The position numbers were made by a program, and so were the translations under genes. A stretch of 64,000 nucleotides of DNA, taken from Klebsormidium nitens (lineage: Eukaryota > Plantae > Klebsormidiophyceae). Below the pieces are notes generated by a model. That model saw nothing but the letters and a program-made list of their open reading frames with translations, was not told where the DNA came from and did not search any database. Position 1 is the first letter of the stretch, and each line of letters opens with the position of its first letter. Of this stretch, positions 1-12,700 are shown piece after piece. The stretch lies in contig DF237024.1 in NCBI GenBank assembly GCA_000708835.1, forward strand, positions 1 to 64,000. The letters run 5' to 3'.

Positions 1-711
1 GACGCACTTCCAGTCGAAGAACCGGTACAAATTTTATCTGCCATCACTGCATCAGGAGGTCAAAGTTCAGACCCAGCAGTTTCCCCTTTGACGCCTGAAG
101 GCTGTTCAAAGCAATGAAGGCTGCAGCAAGCTAGGGAGTTTGAAAGTGACACAGCTCGGTTCAAGCGAGGAGGCAAGAACACTGAACAGTGGGCGCACTG
201 GATAGAGGGAAATCACTTCGGTGTACTTACATAGCAAACCACAAGGACGGTGGACGTGGCGTAGATTGACCCACCTTAGAACGTCAGCATCATAAAGCAT
301 AACGCACTTAAAAAATTAGGAACACACTATGCACGAAGTGCGCTGTAAATGAGCTTGCTAATCCTTCTCGGTGTAACTTAATTCCTTTATGGATGCTGCA
401 AAAGGAACGAATTCTAGGAATCAGCAGGCGCAGAGAGCATGCAGGACTCAGGTTGATGTTCACAACTCAGCTTGCCAAGCTGACCTGTGGTTTGAATGAT
501 CCCAGAATTTGAATCAGGTTCTTTGAGCAATACATCCTCACTGCCCTTTTCCTACTTTCACCGCTAGAGTCCCGCGTTGTTAAACCCCTGTTCCGCCTGG
601 TGTTTCGTCTTCAGTCGATGATCCATTTGGCCGTTGTACTCCCACTCCTTTGTGCTTCTAGCTTTTCCCAAGCGAGAACTTTCGAAGCTGAAAGCTTTTG
701 CCCAGGTAAAA

Positions 712-3700
712 ATGAAAGCGCCCTTAATCACATTCGAGTATCAGGAGTTGCTGGATCAGACATTAGATCTGTCTGAGAAGGTCCGAGCTGCATTTGGCCC
801 CGAAGGACTCGGCATCTGCAGCGTCTCTGGTGTCCCAGGGTTTCCTGAGAGGCGACAGACACTCCTTCCGCTTGCTCAGAGGTGAGCACAGCTTTATTCA
901 AAAAGCTTCTGCTAATGCAGCAGACTAGTCTTTGTCAAAACCCTTCCCTCAAGCCTCCTGTCATGTGGGACACGATGCTTGTGACTTTGCTCAGGAATGT
1001 GTCGCAAGCCCTTCAACAAGTATAACCGCCTTGCTAAGTGTTACGTACCTCTTGACATGAACATCATCAGAAGCAGGCATTTGGATCTCCTCAGCCAGTC
1101 TTTCTCTGTCATCCTTTCATCACTGTGAGTCTGAAGTGAATCTAATGAGTTTGATTTCGTATGCCTTCAGACTCGCGGAATTGCCAGAGAAGACCAAGGC
1201 TAAGCTTGAGGATTCTGAGAGCAGGTAAGCCAGTGTGATCTTTTCAAATGCTACTTGCGCCACTCTTTCTTGATCAGAGTCACGTTCATGGTGGTAAGGT
1301 AATTACAGAGAGACCTCCTGAAAGTTGCTCAGTATAAGAGCTTTGATGTTCTCGTTCGTGCGGTGCTTGAGGGTGTCGTCTGGGCTGTTCTCAGCATCCT
1401 CAACATCTGGGGCTGTTCTCATTCTACTTAGGTTCGCTCAGTGTCGTCTTTCATCGCCCCACAAGCCCTGCTTCTACAAGTTGCCTTTTCCTAACAGTCA
1501 ACCGGTCAACATATCTTTCAAACTGCTCAAGTGATTGAGGATGCTCCTATGTGCTTCCGTGTAGTCGAAATAAAGAATGAACCGATGATATTTGCCAGGT
1601 ATAAGGTGTCATATGTTTGTTAGCAGTTTGATGGAATAAAAAATCTCGCAGATGGTCTTTTGGGTGGAGCCATGGCAAGGAGGTTCTGGAGAATGGGCGG
1701 CCAGACACCCTGAAAGGGTCCTTCTATGCAAACCCGCTGTGCGACCGTCCCACAGACGACCCTGAGCTCATTAAAAGGTGAGGCTCTCTCGAAATAGTGG
1801 ACCTGTGATGCTCCTTCTGTCTTGGTATTTCCAATCAGACCTGGCCTCGTGACTTGCGCTCGACCTTATGATAGAAGTCCTCAGCACCCCAATAATTACA
1901 TATTGAGCAGCAAACGTCCTTAATCTTGTACACAGGACTTGTATGGGTACAAACTTTGCTGATTTGCACGGCAATCCTTACATTCCACCTTGATTCGGGA
2001 CGTTCCATATGGAGAGCGTTTCTTTGTTCTTCCTTAATTGTTTTTCTGCTCAATATAAGACCTTGAGTCGGTTTGGATGACATGGTCAATCCGCACTGCC
2101 CTGCTACACACGTTTCTTACCAAAGATGGTCTCACACAAAGCCAGAGAGAAAGCATTTCGAATTGTCTGGATCAGGCTTGGGGAAACAGCGAAATCTCAA
2201 GATCAACAGACACCGAAATGCGGCTTAGTCGCGCTTTCGAGTGCTCATCTCTCGACGAAACCGGTAAATGACGTCAGTGCTCTTTCTTCAGGTACCCCTC
2301 CTACTGTCGCCCCAACCTGTGGCCGACACGAGACCTCCCCGAACTAGAGGAGGCGTTCAAAAGCTTGGGCCGGCTGATTGTCGAGGTCGGCCTCCTGCTT
2401 GCCGAAAAGTGCGACCAGTATGTGCGGAAAAGGTGAGCGATGTTTTGCGACAACTCCTGGTGAATGCGGACTGAGCAGGGACTCAGACCACAGCTTGAGC
2501 AGACCCCAAACGTGAAAGTCTCTTTAAGCCCCGACTCCGGAGTTCATTCCTGTGACCCGAACGACCGTGGAAAGCACTTCTTTCTGGGTATGTGCCGGGC
2601 AGCGAATCTGGATGCAACTATTCTACCAAACAGCAAATCGTAAAGCGTTAAAGAGCTCATATGTGAAAGGAACGGTGACCTCTGCACCTGTAAAAGCGTG
2701 CGTATTCTAGTTCCACACACGGCGAGTGTGTCTAACTTAGCTCTTTTGCCTCGGAGGGTAGCAATTGCTTTACGTTCTTGTGCCGTCTTTGAAAGACTTT
2801 TACTTCCAGACGCTTATATCAAAGAGCATCTGTACGTTTTCTTACATAGCCAAAAGCGGCGTATGTTTGAGTGCCCGATTCCTCTGTGTTATCAAGACAG
2901 CGATCCCTGTTCCCTTTTCCGCAACGTCCTGTCCAGACTGCTCACCCCTCCGTGCCCCGGTTCAGGACTCCGCACGCGGGCGCCGCCAGGCTGACACGTG
3001 TTATCCGCGAGTCCCGAACGACGAAAGCGCGGCTGTTGCACTACTTTCCTCCGTCGGACGCTCCACCACCGGACGCGGCAGCGGACGACTCCTCCTGGTG
3101 CGGCTGGCATACGGATCACGGCTCTCTCACAGGTACGTGGCACGTGCCCTGGGGGCGCAGCTTATCTAGGGCATAGCGTATCAGTCCGGCAAGTTGACTG
3201 CTCAGTTGGTTGGTCTGATTTATCTGGGGCTTGCACATGGACGACGGCTCGCTCAAAGGTAAGAGGCAGAAGCATAGCTTATCTGGGGGCATAGCTTATT
3301 GATCTGGCAAGTTGGTTGCTCAGGAAAGGCCTGTCTTATCTGGGGCGGTTGTGTCAGTCTGGCAAGGTTGACTATACAGAAAGGTCTGGGCTGTTTTCTT
3401 CGACTCCCTGTGCACAACTGTACTGCCCACGCGCGCTGCCCTTACAAGCATTAGGTCCCTTCGCAACGGGTGGCTAAGGGCTTTGGAACTCCTCCTGACT
3501 CGCTGAACGTCCTTTGGAACCACTGCGAGATGATGCGGTTCTTTTGAATCACTGTCCGTCGAAGTCGCTTTCTTGTGAGGCCAACGTACAGTCAGCACCA
3601 GGCGTGCGCTTTGATGGCAGCAGCCCCGTGGCATATCTCAACCTCTCCCCCTTTCTCTGCGCCTTCGGCTGCTGCGGACCCAACCTGATTCAGTCGAACC

Positions 3701-4680
3701 TAGGTCATCTGGCCGCTCTTTCATTCCGAGGGCCTCCGCAACTGTTTCGCACTCTCACTTCGATCACCGAGGCCATCTCCGACAATTCTATCTCGTTTCC
3801 TCAGGATTGACGTCAGCAATGTATTTTCGAGAAGGGCAGGAGGTCCCGTGCCCCGATGCGTCGGCCGGGCTGTACATACGGAACAGGCAGGGGGCCTTAG
3901 TCAAGGTGAGAAGCTTTTCCAAGGATGCACGTTGACCAACAGATTACTTGCAGCCACATCTTGCTATCTATTCTGACAACGTAGTACTTGATTTTGGCGC
4001 TGGACATTCCAAAAGCTCAGGTCGCCATATACAGCCCATGGACTATAACCTCAGCGTTCTTGGCGGTCAATAGGTTCCGGCGATATTTACGAGGGTCTGG
4101 GTGAGGTTCCGGTCGACCCCCACTACTTGAAACTGCGCGAGTCCCTTTGCAAGTATCCGGACGGCTAGCTTAACAATTCTCCCCTTCAAACAGGCAAGCA
4201 ACCTGGTCGGGTTCTACATCTGCTTTAGAAGAACGCACTCTTTTCTCCGAATGCAGAGACTCTATAACCCAGGTTCCCAAAACCGAGTGTTCAGGGGTGC
4301 TTTCCTCTCTGAGCTCCCGGTTGGTCACATCACAAGAACGCAGACAGGGTCTCATTCCGATCTTCATTTCCCAGGCCGTCATCCCTCCATCGAACATCGG
4401 GTTTCAAATGGGCGAGGCCACGCAAATACACTCGGGCGGCCTGCTACGGGCGACCCCGCACTGCGTCCGCGGGATCTCCGGGCCGTCCGCCTCTGGCGTG
4501 TCGCGCGCCACGCTGGCGGTTTTCATGCAGCCGCAGTGGGACGAGTTGATGGACATTCCTCCCGCCGTCGCTCCGGAGACGGTCGAGGTCGGGGCTTGGA
4601 CGCCGCGCCTCGACTTTGGAGCTTTTACGGAGCGGACCGTTTCCAGAAACTATTGTGTAAGTGATGCGGTGGAGCAATGA
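712..4680 (+). CDS. 2-oxoglutarate/Fe(II)-dependent dioxygenase (IPNS/clavaminate synthase-like superfamily), 7 exons
   Basis: Phase-consistent GT-AG exons 712-881, 1171-1224, 1652-1777, 2292-~2431, 2966-3132, 3805-3905, 4375-4680. They give ...SRWSFGWSHGKE...KGSFYANP...RLLHYFP...WCGWHTDHGSLTGLTSAMY...FQMGEATQIHSGGLLRATPHCVRG, with the HxD...H iron triad (HTD, PHC). The 3' end is uncertain: a possible GTAAGT donor at 4657. Confidence 0.85.
3228..3375 (+). repeat. Degenerate tandem duplication of exon-5 3' end + donor and following intron sequence
   Basis: 3228-3258 matches 3102-3132 at 24/31 nt and is followed by GTAAGA. The ttatctgggg(g)c and ggcaag(g)ttg motifs recur in 3150-3375. Confidence 0.6.
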
Positions 4681-5692
4681 CCGGCCCACGCGTGGTCAAC
4701 GGTGTAGCAGGAGAAATGCACATTGTGAGCACGTGCGACGAAAAAGGTGCGCTCCTCAGGCTGCCCGGAAAGATGCACGATCGGCTTTCCTAGTCAGATT
4801 GCAACGCCACTACTGTGTTCGTGGCAAATCAGTGACGGCTCTCATCTGCACTCCGGTAGATGAAAGCTCCGCGACCAGAAGACACAGCTAAGCTGCCGAG
4901 TGACTGGCTCGATCATGATTGGTGATTCTATGAAAAGGCCGACCCTTACTAATTGTTGGCGGACAATCAGCCATGACGCTAGTAATTTATACTCCATTGC
5001 GGCGAGTCGCAAACACATACGCGAGGCTTGCTAGTCCGGATCGTGCATGTGATGCAATGATGCCACGACATGGACGTCGGAAGACGGTCGCTTGTAAGGT
5101 TGCTTGGATAGTATACATGCACTTATATAATCGAACTACAAGTCAACATGATCAGAGTCGCGATCGAACATGCATGTCCGTGCATCAATGAGATTGAATC
5201 TGTCGTCTACATAACATGCATATTTAGTGCGTGACCATGCGGCGTCTCCTTAAGGGCGGCTAGCTCAAGTTGCGCTACAACCAATTTCGCCTCCTAGAAC
5301 CTGCAAACACTCAATCACGGATGTACTTACACAGCCTCTTTTGTTGCTTTATTCCGCCTGCAATACCGTTAATAAACCCCAACGTACACCGATTTAGTAG
5401 GTTGTACGTGCACTACGGCCAAACATATAAAACATGCCACGACAGGCGAATTACCTGACTCCCTATTGGACAGAACATCTGTATCGCTTATTCTGAGCTT
5501 GGCCCATGGCTGATCCAGATTCTCTCGGCCCTGTATTCTCAACAGCCTCTATGGAGGCCGCGGTCTCGAGCTGCATAGATCAGGAGAAATTAGGGTGAGC
5601 TTAGAGATGCAAGTGGATACCACTGGCCCATTGATGCTGCCAATGGAGAACTGCTTCCGACCTGGACGCAGTTCAGGACGAATGCTCACAGT

Positions 5693-7728
5693 TCATTGAC
5701 ATGTGACGTCTTTGAGCCGGCCTGAGTGTACCACTTTCAGTGAAAGCAGTGCTATTGTAGGCTTCAAATGAACCTCAATAATCCTGGGATGCACCTGATG
5801 AGTCCCGACACCTTGAACCGATTGCCCAAAAGGTACAAGATATATTTCGGACTGGAGGACCAAGCCAACATGCACTGGGGGCATTGGCTTACCTCTGGCA
5901 GAGCTGCAGAAGGTACCTCGTGGCCGTACAGCTTCTCATAAGAGTCGAAAAGAGGGTTGGCAAGAGCCGCCTTCAAATCCACCTCCACCAGAGATGGGCA
6001 AGCCAAAAGAGGGGCGAAATGCAGCCTCTTCACGCTCACCGCGCCTAGCTTCAGGACTCTCAACGAAGAGATTTTGGCAAGGGCCTTCGTGAGTTGTGGG
6101 TCTAGGTACACGTCTTCCTTAAAGTCCCCCTCAACCGAAAGGCTGCTTATGCTACCCAAGCTTCCTATACTCTCTGCCAACTTGACAAGTTGTTGAACCT
6201 CACTTTGGCCATAGATTGCTTCTTGAGGGATATCGTCGTCCCATCGGAACGGCTGAGGACTATTCTGGTGAGCTGTTTGTGGCTCCCCCCAAACTCTAGC
6301 TCGACACGAGAAGCGAATGCAAAGGTGAGGCTCCTTAGCGAGGGACACACGATCTTGATCCTCCGATTCAACCCCGTATTGCCTGTTTGGTTTGAAGGTC
6401 CTAACCCTAAACCAAACAAGGGTAACTCTCCAGGATCCCACCGCAAGGTCAAGTGCTCTAGGCAATCCCAGCCGCGAAACACAAACTTTGTTCCAACAAG
6501 GGCATTCACATGGCAAGCTAGGCTTCTTAGAGACTCATTAAAGGGCTTGAACGGAGCTGATAGCCCTTTTACTAGTTTCTGGTAGGACACTCTGTATAGC
6601 ACCTTGAGTTCAACCAGGGTTGACGGGGCTGCTGCTGCCAAGCGCTGTAAGAACTTTGCGCTTTTACCTTGCCGAACATCTTGCCGCGATCGGAGTGCTA
6701 GGCTTGTCAACTGTGAACACTCTCTTGCGATGGACAAAACTTGCGCTTCTATTGAGATTACGTCCACGTCGCCCAGGTACAGATTCAGACTCTCTAGCCC
6801 CCGGCAGTTGAGGATCGGAGAAAAGTCAAACGCCGGCTGCTGCATCCAGTCTACTTCTTCAAGATCGATCTCCAGATGACGGAGGCTTGCTGCCAATGCT
6901 GAGCACAAGGGAATGCTTGAGATCGAGCTCTCCTCACTCAGAGTAAAGCTGAAGGATCTGATTGGAGGTATGCCACTGAGAATATCCCCGAGGCTCGCTA
7001 CTGTGATTTTTTCGTCGTCGTCTTCCTCTGGCCCATCGTTTGCAAACCAAAGCTCCAGGGTCTGCAGAGCTGGTAATCTAGCCGGCGACAAGACCTCGCG
7101 GAGTAAGGCAACGGAGCTATCGATTGAAAACCCGAAACCGAGGGTTTCGGTCACGGAGAGATCCATTTGAGCCAGCCGCTGCAGCTCTTCTTCCGACAGA
7201 ATATTGAGGTACAGCTCTTTCAAGTGCAGTCTCCGGGGCTCCCCAATGCCGGTGAGGACCAGAGGCTTCCAAAAACGGGGGCGGATGCTCAAGAAGGGGG
7301 CAGCAGAAGTGTCCTTAATATGGTGATCCCATTTCCCACCCTCAGGATGTGTGACAGCTATTTCTTTCAACCTGGGCCAAACGCCCATGAACGGCGGCTC
7401 TCCTGTCTTTGCCCAAGCATCGGCCCCATCACAGAAAAGCGTAAGACTTTCCAACCTCCGGAAAGCACTCCCCCAAATGCGCGAGCTGCGGGGCTGAGAA
7501 ATCAAAGTTTCCCTGTTTTGGAAGGACATGAGAGAGGTCCAGGAACTTCACGGCAGTGAAGCAGTTTGGCAAAACCTCAATATGTCGCTTGGTGCATCTG
7601 AGGCGCAGATGCTGCCGTGTCTGGCGCTCTGCAACGCTAGCATCTCTGCAGACCAGGGAGCAGGCATTCCTGTCACTGATGTCCTCCACCCTCGCCAGCA
7701 CAAGCTCGAAGGCAACGGATAGAGACAT
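5693..7728 (-). pseudogene. F-box/LRR protein with MAX2/TIR1-type N-terminus, interrupted by two apparent frameshifts (pseudogene or assembly error)
   Basis: ATG at 7728 gives MSLSVAFELVLARVEDISDRNACSLVCRDASVAERQTRQHLRLRC...LPNCFTAVKFLDLS. LRR repeats continue in ORF 6165-7529 (a different frame; switch near 7460), then in ORF 5764-6516 (switch near 6250). GT-AG intron 5892..5795 and terminal exon 5794-5693. Confidence 0.6.
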
Positions 7729-8457
7729 GGCGCCTCCTGCCTCATGAGGTTCTGTCGTTGGTAACTTGTTTGCCCTGTTTTTTATGGCAATTTGAAGCAA
7801 GGCGAGGCAACATGGCCATGTTCAGGCTTCAGCGAGGCTATGGCATGCAAGCTGATATCAGGTGCGCTTCAAAAGAAACCGTCCATTCATAGTGATCGAC
7901 GGATGCAATTCTTGATTGGAGAACAGCGCGCGCAGCAGCAGAAGTTTTGATATACCGTAGTGGTTGTGTTGGGTACTTCCTGTAGTCCTCAGGCTACTGT
8001 CTACCGGTAGTGCTAGAAATGCATTGATCGAACAAGCTTTAGGTACCTAATGCTGTGAAGACTGTACAATGCATACTAGGTAGATTTTAAGCCTTGGACT
8101 CCAATGCAGTGAAGACCATGCATTACGGCATCATGCATCAAATTTTGAACACGGGCGTCACAAGCCTGATTGTCCATCTCGATCTCGGTGTCACCACTGG
8201 GCGCGGCTGCGTCAGCTCTCACCAGCACTGTGGCAGCATCATGCGCAATCAGGGGTCGTTGTCTGAGTCACTCAGTCCCTGGACCCTGGAAAGCCTGAGA
8301 TAGGGCAAGCATGGAGACAAAGAGGCTCAAAAAGGTGATTGCAAATGGCTTCTAACAAAGCCTCCAACATATTTGAACTTCGCCAGCGCTGCCTCAGCTC
8401 AAGGGAGGCGGCACAGCCTCGCTCAATGCACCGGATGCTGTATTCACTGCTCAGCAT

Positions 8458-9156
8458 TTGACTACGGCAGGAAGGATGGGAATGTCGATTGAAACAAAAG
8501 GCAATGCTGTGATCACAGAGAAGAAGATGGCGTCAAAGAAACCCAGCGCCGCCTGGGCTTTTTGGATGTCGAGCTTTGTGGCGCCTCCTGGCAGCAGCAG
8601 CGGAGGATGCGTGCTGCCGGGTCGATTTCCCCAGCACGGGAGCACGTTGTACCGGTCTGAGAGTCTAACCACAGCAGCCTTGCAATATGCAACACAGCAG
8701 CAGGCTGGTGAAGCTAGCAACAGAAGGATCCAAGCGGATGGCGGTGCACTTTCGAGCGAAAGACATGAGTCATGCGGACATGCTTTGCAGTCGACAGTTC
8801 CTCAGAGCGAAAGGCACTGTCCAAAGTGCGGGTGGAGTTTGTTGTCAAGGTCAATTTCAGGGGAGGCTGCAGATGGAAACCTTACGACAAGTAGCATATC
8901 AAGCAGTAGGAGGAGCTCAGGACGGCTTGCATTTGAGACCCTTGCTTCCTCATACTTCTTCGAAACCCTTGGCTCCTCTACTACGGCAGGCAAAATGCCA
9001 AAGGAGACTGCTGCTGGAGGTCACGAAGAAGATCCAAACCCGTCTGGCCAAGAGTATAGGGAGTTGAGCGGAGGTGTCAGAGGCCAAGCTGACATCATCA
9101 GTTCAACATCTCCTGTAGTGGTAGGATCCCTGCACTTTCCCAACTCTTCCATCTGA
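8458..9156 (+). CDS. Hypothetical Ser-rich ORF with CPKC motif; possibly 5' exon(s) of the downstream PLP enzyme gene
   Basis: 232-aa ORF. Candidate donor GTG|GTAGGA at 9121 and acceptor ttcacag at ~9177. The downstream gene's first conserved exon starts at an acceptor, not an ATG. No family recognised. Confidence 0.3.
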   Translation: MTTAGRMGMSIETKGNAVITEKKMASKKPSAAWAFWMSSFVAPPGSSSGGCVLPGRFPQHGSTLYRSESLTTAALQYATQQQAGEASNRRIQADGGALSSERHESCGHALQSTVPQSERHCPKCGWSLLSRSISGEAADGNLTTSSISSSRRSSGRLAFETLASSYFFETLGSSTTAGKMPKETAAGGHEEDPNPSGQEYRELSGGVRGQADIISSTSPVVVGSLHFPNSSI

Positions 9157-9734
9157 GATCTCACTTTGGTTTCACAGGTGATCCAGATCTCCATTTGCAA
9201 GAAAAGTGTGCTCTCAGAGGGTTCCATTCACGCTGATGGCGAGCACGTTCATTCCCTTGGTCGTTTCCTTTGGACGCTGGAATCCTGGTAGTCATCACCG
9301 CACCAGCTTCTAGAGACTAGCAGAGTTATAGACAACCACTATACTATAGTATATTCTGGTGTATGAGCTCGAATGCTTGACACCTTAATCACTTCAGAGA
9401 ACTTGCTTTTCCTGATCGATCATTGGAGCTGACATACAATCCAGTCTTGCGCAATACACCATCTGTCACGTTCTTGTAATCGCATTGAAGAAGAGAGATG
9501 ACAATATCCACTTCAATGAGACTGAAAAGTGTGCTGTTCAAGAGTGTTTCTGTCAATGGTGAAATCGAAGCACCGCAGGGGACCTATAAACCACCTCAGG
9601 TGTTTCAAAAGTTGCAATTGTCAGGCCTTTGCTATCTTCAGCCCGGAAATAATTCGGACACTGCGCTGGAGTTAGTAATTGAAGTATCTTCACTTTGTGA
9701 TCGATACACTCCTTCTTTGACCAGGTTTCACCAG

Positions 9735-12700
9735 CTAGCTTGCAAGGAGAGGCCCTCTTTGGCTGGCTTCGACAGCAGGTGGTTGGTATCACTGCCGAAA
9801 TTGTGACCCCTTTTGGCACACGCCAGATGACATACACAGACTACATTGCCTCAGGGAGGTGCCTGCAGTACGTAGAGGATCTGCTACAAGCTAGAGTGCT
9901 GCCTTTCTATGGTGAGCACGTTGAAGCTATCCTGAGAGCAATCACTGCTAAGAGGTTGCCGCAAAGCAAACCTCTGGCTTCAGAATTTCTTCTTTCATTC
10001 TGCCTCACGGGGGATTCGCAAAAGTCTCCGCGCTGCGGAGCAAGCAACTCTATGGTATAGACCGCTCGACAGACTCTCTTTACCGACTTCCGGCAGCATC
10101 TCCCGTCAACCTTCTTACAGTCTTGGTATGAAAGGGAAGGCACGGATCGAATGATTGCTTCCTTAAGTGTTTGAGGAAAAAGCGGGGATTGCCACATCTG
10201 TCTCTACCAAAAAACGCCATAAATACATTGAAATTAAGAGGTCCAAAATTTGATTGAGACTGCTCATGGACTACATCGGCCTTTTAGTTACCCGTGGTAC
10301 ATGAAATGAAAAGGGAGGGCACCGTCACAATCCTTTGATCTGCATCCTTCAGGGAACACTCACACAGAGGATAGTGCATGTGGACAGCGGACGACGCACT
10401 TTGCCCATGAGGCAGGGGAGTACATCAAGGAGTGCGTGCAAGCAGGGCCTGAGCACAAGATCCTGTTCTGCGGCAGTGGATGCACCGCAGCTGTGAAGCG
10501 GCTCCAGGTAACGAGAATTCCTTTTGTAGCCTTGAGTTTCGTTCTGTTCTTCGTTACTATGAACACCATCTGTTCTCTCCCCAGACTGGCTCTACTCAAG
10601 ACGCCACGTCATCGGGTGGTCCATCCGTTCCATCAATTGTGCGTGATCGCAGGCTTGCTTCGACACATACAAGGGTGGCTCGTTCAAGCTTTTCAAAAGA
10701 AAGCTTAAAGAAGCGAAATAGAGTAGAGGAGGAGCGCTCTTCCTCTGACGCTCTGTCGCCTTCGTCCATTGCTTTTACTACTTAGCGCCTTTCTCTACGC
10801 ATAGAGCATATTCACACCTGCGTTCTCAATTCTCCAGGAGATAATGGGAATAGCCGTTCCCAGCACGCTCCGCGCGCGTGTCCTTGCCACCCTGCAACCC
10901 TCAGAACGGTGGGTCGTGTTTGTGGGGCCTTATGAGCACCATAGCAACCTGCTGACGTGGCGCCAGAGCCTGGCTGACGTCGTCGAGGTGCCGCTGTCCG
11001 AAGACGGGCTGCTGGACATGGCCTATCTGGAAAAGGAGCTCGAAAATGAGCGGTAAGCTCTTTTGATCGTCGTAGACTCCGAGTCGCAACACGGTCGATG
11101 GTCGCAAGGTGTTCTACCGCTCTCTAGAAAGACGTGCCCATCCAACTTGAAGGGGCGGAGAGACGTCCAAGCAATTTTACTCAGGAGCGCATGAAACCGT
11201 CTTTTAGATCTGGGTTTTGTAAAACTAGCAGCTCTCGGGAAGATCTTTTCTATCTTTGTTGCGTAGTAGAAACGAGCGGCCAAGCACGTCTCTCCCATTG
11301 AAGCATGTCAAATCCTGCCACACGCTTTGCAAATCTTGCGCTACTTGTTACGACATGTCCTTCGCTAAAGCTCTTCTCGTCAGAAATGACCACTCAGATG
11401 CCCGCAATCTCTCGGACGAGTTCTCCTTGGATTGATATCTTCAGTCCTGCCGTTCACGTTACAAAACATCCTCTCGTCATCTATTTCCCTCTCACCTGAC
11501 GCCCTACTCTTGTCCAGGTGGTCAGGCCGGCCCAAGCTGGGCTCCTTCTCCGCCGCCAGCAACGTCACCGGGATCTTGACGGACACGCGCGCGCTCGCGC
11601 GGCTGCTGCACGCGCACGGGGCGTACGCCTGCTTCGACTTTGCCGCCGCCGCTCCTTACGTGGACATGGACATGCGGTGAGACAGCTTCCGATTCAAAGT
11701 GGCCATCAAGGCTGCTTTGACCGAATATTTTCCATTGTTCCGGCCAGCTCGTCTTCGGAACTAAGTTTTGTACCAGACTACTCCAATTGCTGCACCTATC
11801 TTTGCCAGGTGCAAGGCAGTATACAGTATGTCTCGTGATGAAACCTGCTTATGGTCAGAAGCGATTTTCTTTCAAAGTGACCAGCCGGCTAACTTTGAGC
11901 TCTGGATGCGTTCTTTTGTAGGCCGGGTCAAGCCGACGGATATGACGCCCTTCTCATCAGCCCTCACAAGTTCGTCGGGGGCCCCGGCTCGTCTGGCGTG
12001 TTGATCGTGAGCGAGAAACTGTACGCGCTCGCGGACGCGGCGCCTTCCACGAGCGGGGGCGGAACCGTGACCTACGTGAACGGAAACAGCGAAGCGGTGA
12101 GAGTCATCCACTCTTAAACCAAAAAGTTAATACTTTATTCTTTCTAAAACCTCTTAACTACTCCCGATTTGCTGAGAGTAAGCTAGAAACGGTAAGCGCT
12201 CGAGGACGCCCTGTCCTCACGAGCAAGGGCGGATTCCGGACGCACGTGAACGGAAAGAGCGAAGCGGTAAGACAAGTGTTGCCTGCAATCTTCCTTCTGC
12301 AACGTTGGTCCAGTTTCAAAATATGCATCCGAAGCATTGCAGACCAGATCCAGATCTTCGCACAATGTTAAGTGGCCGCAATGAGCATTCCTCTCCTTAT
12401 GAAAATACTCGCTGATCTTTTTGGGTGCTATGAAAGACGCAAGCTTGCTGTTCAAAGGAAGTTCGCGGCACGTTAAGCCTTCAATGCTGATGTTCCTAGA
12501 CCCCTAAAGTTGTATCCCGTAAGTACCGTACATTTTTCACAAGATGTACGAGTATTGCTTTCGTTTTGCGGTTTCGAGTCAGGCTTATAGCGAAAAGACC
12601 CTAGTCAAAGGGTAACGATACGTCTGAAGCCATGATGACCTTTAGACCCCCTCAACCTTAGAGATGCTTAACCCTCGCATTTTAGAGTTCTGTTACGAGA

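Noticed and set aside
1-300. Possible 5' end of a minus-strand gene (ATG near 46 with an upstream intron) and ORF 106-300
   Set aside because: Too little sequence and no recognisable motif; cannot be supported.
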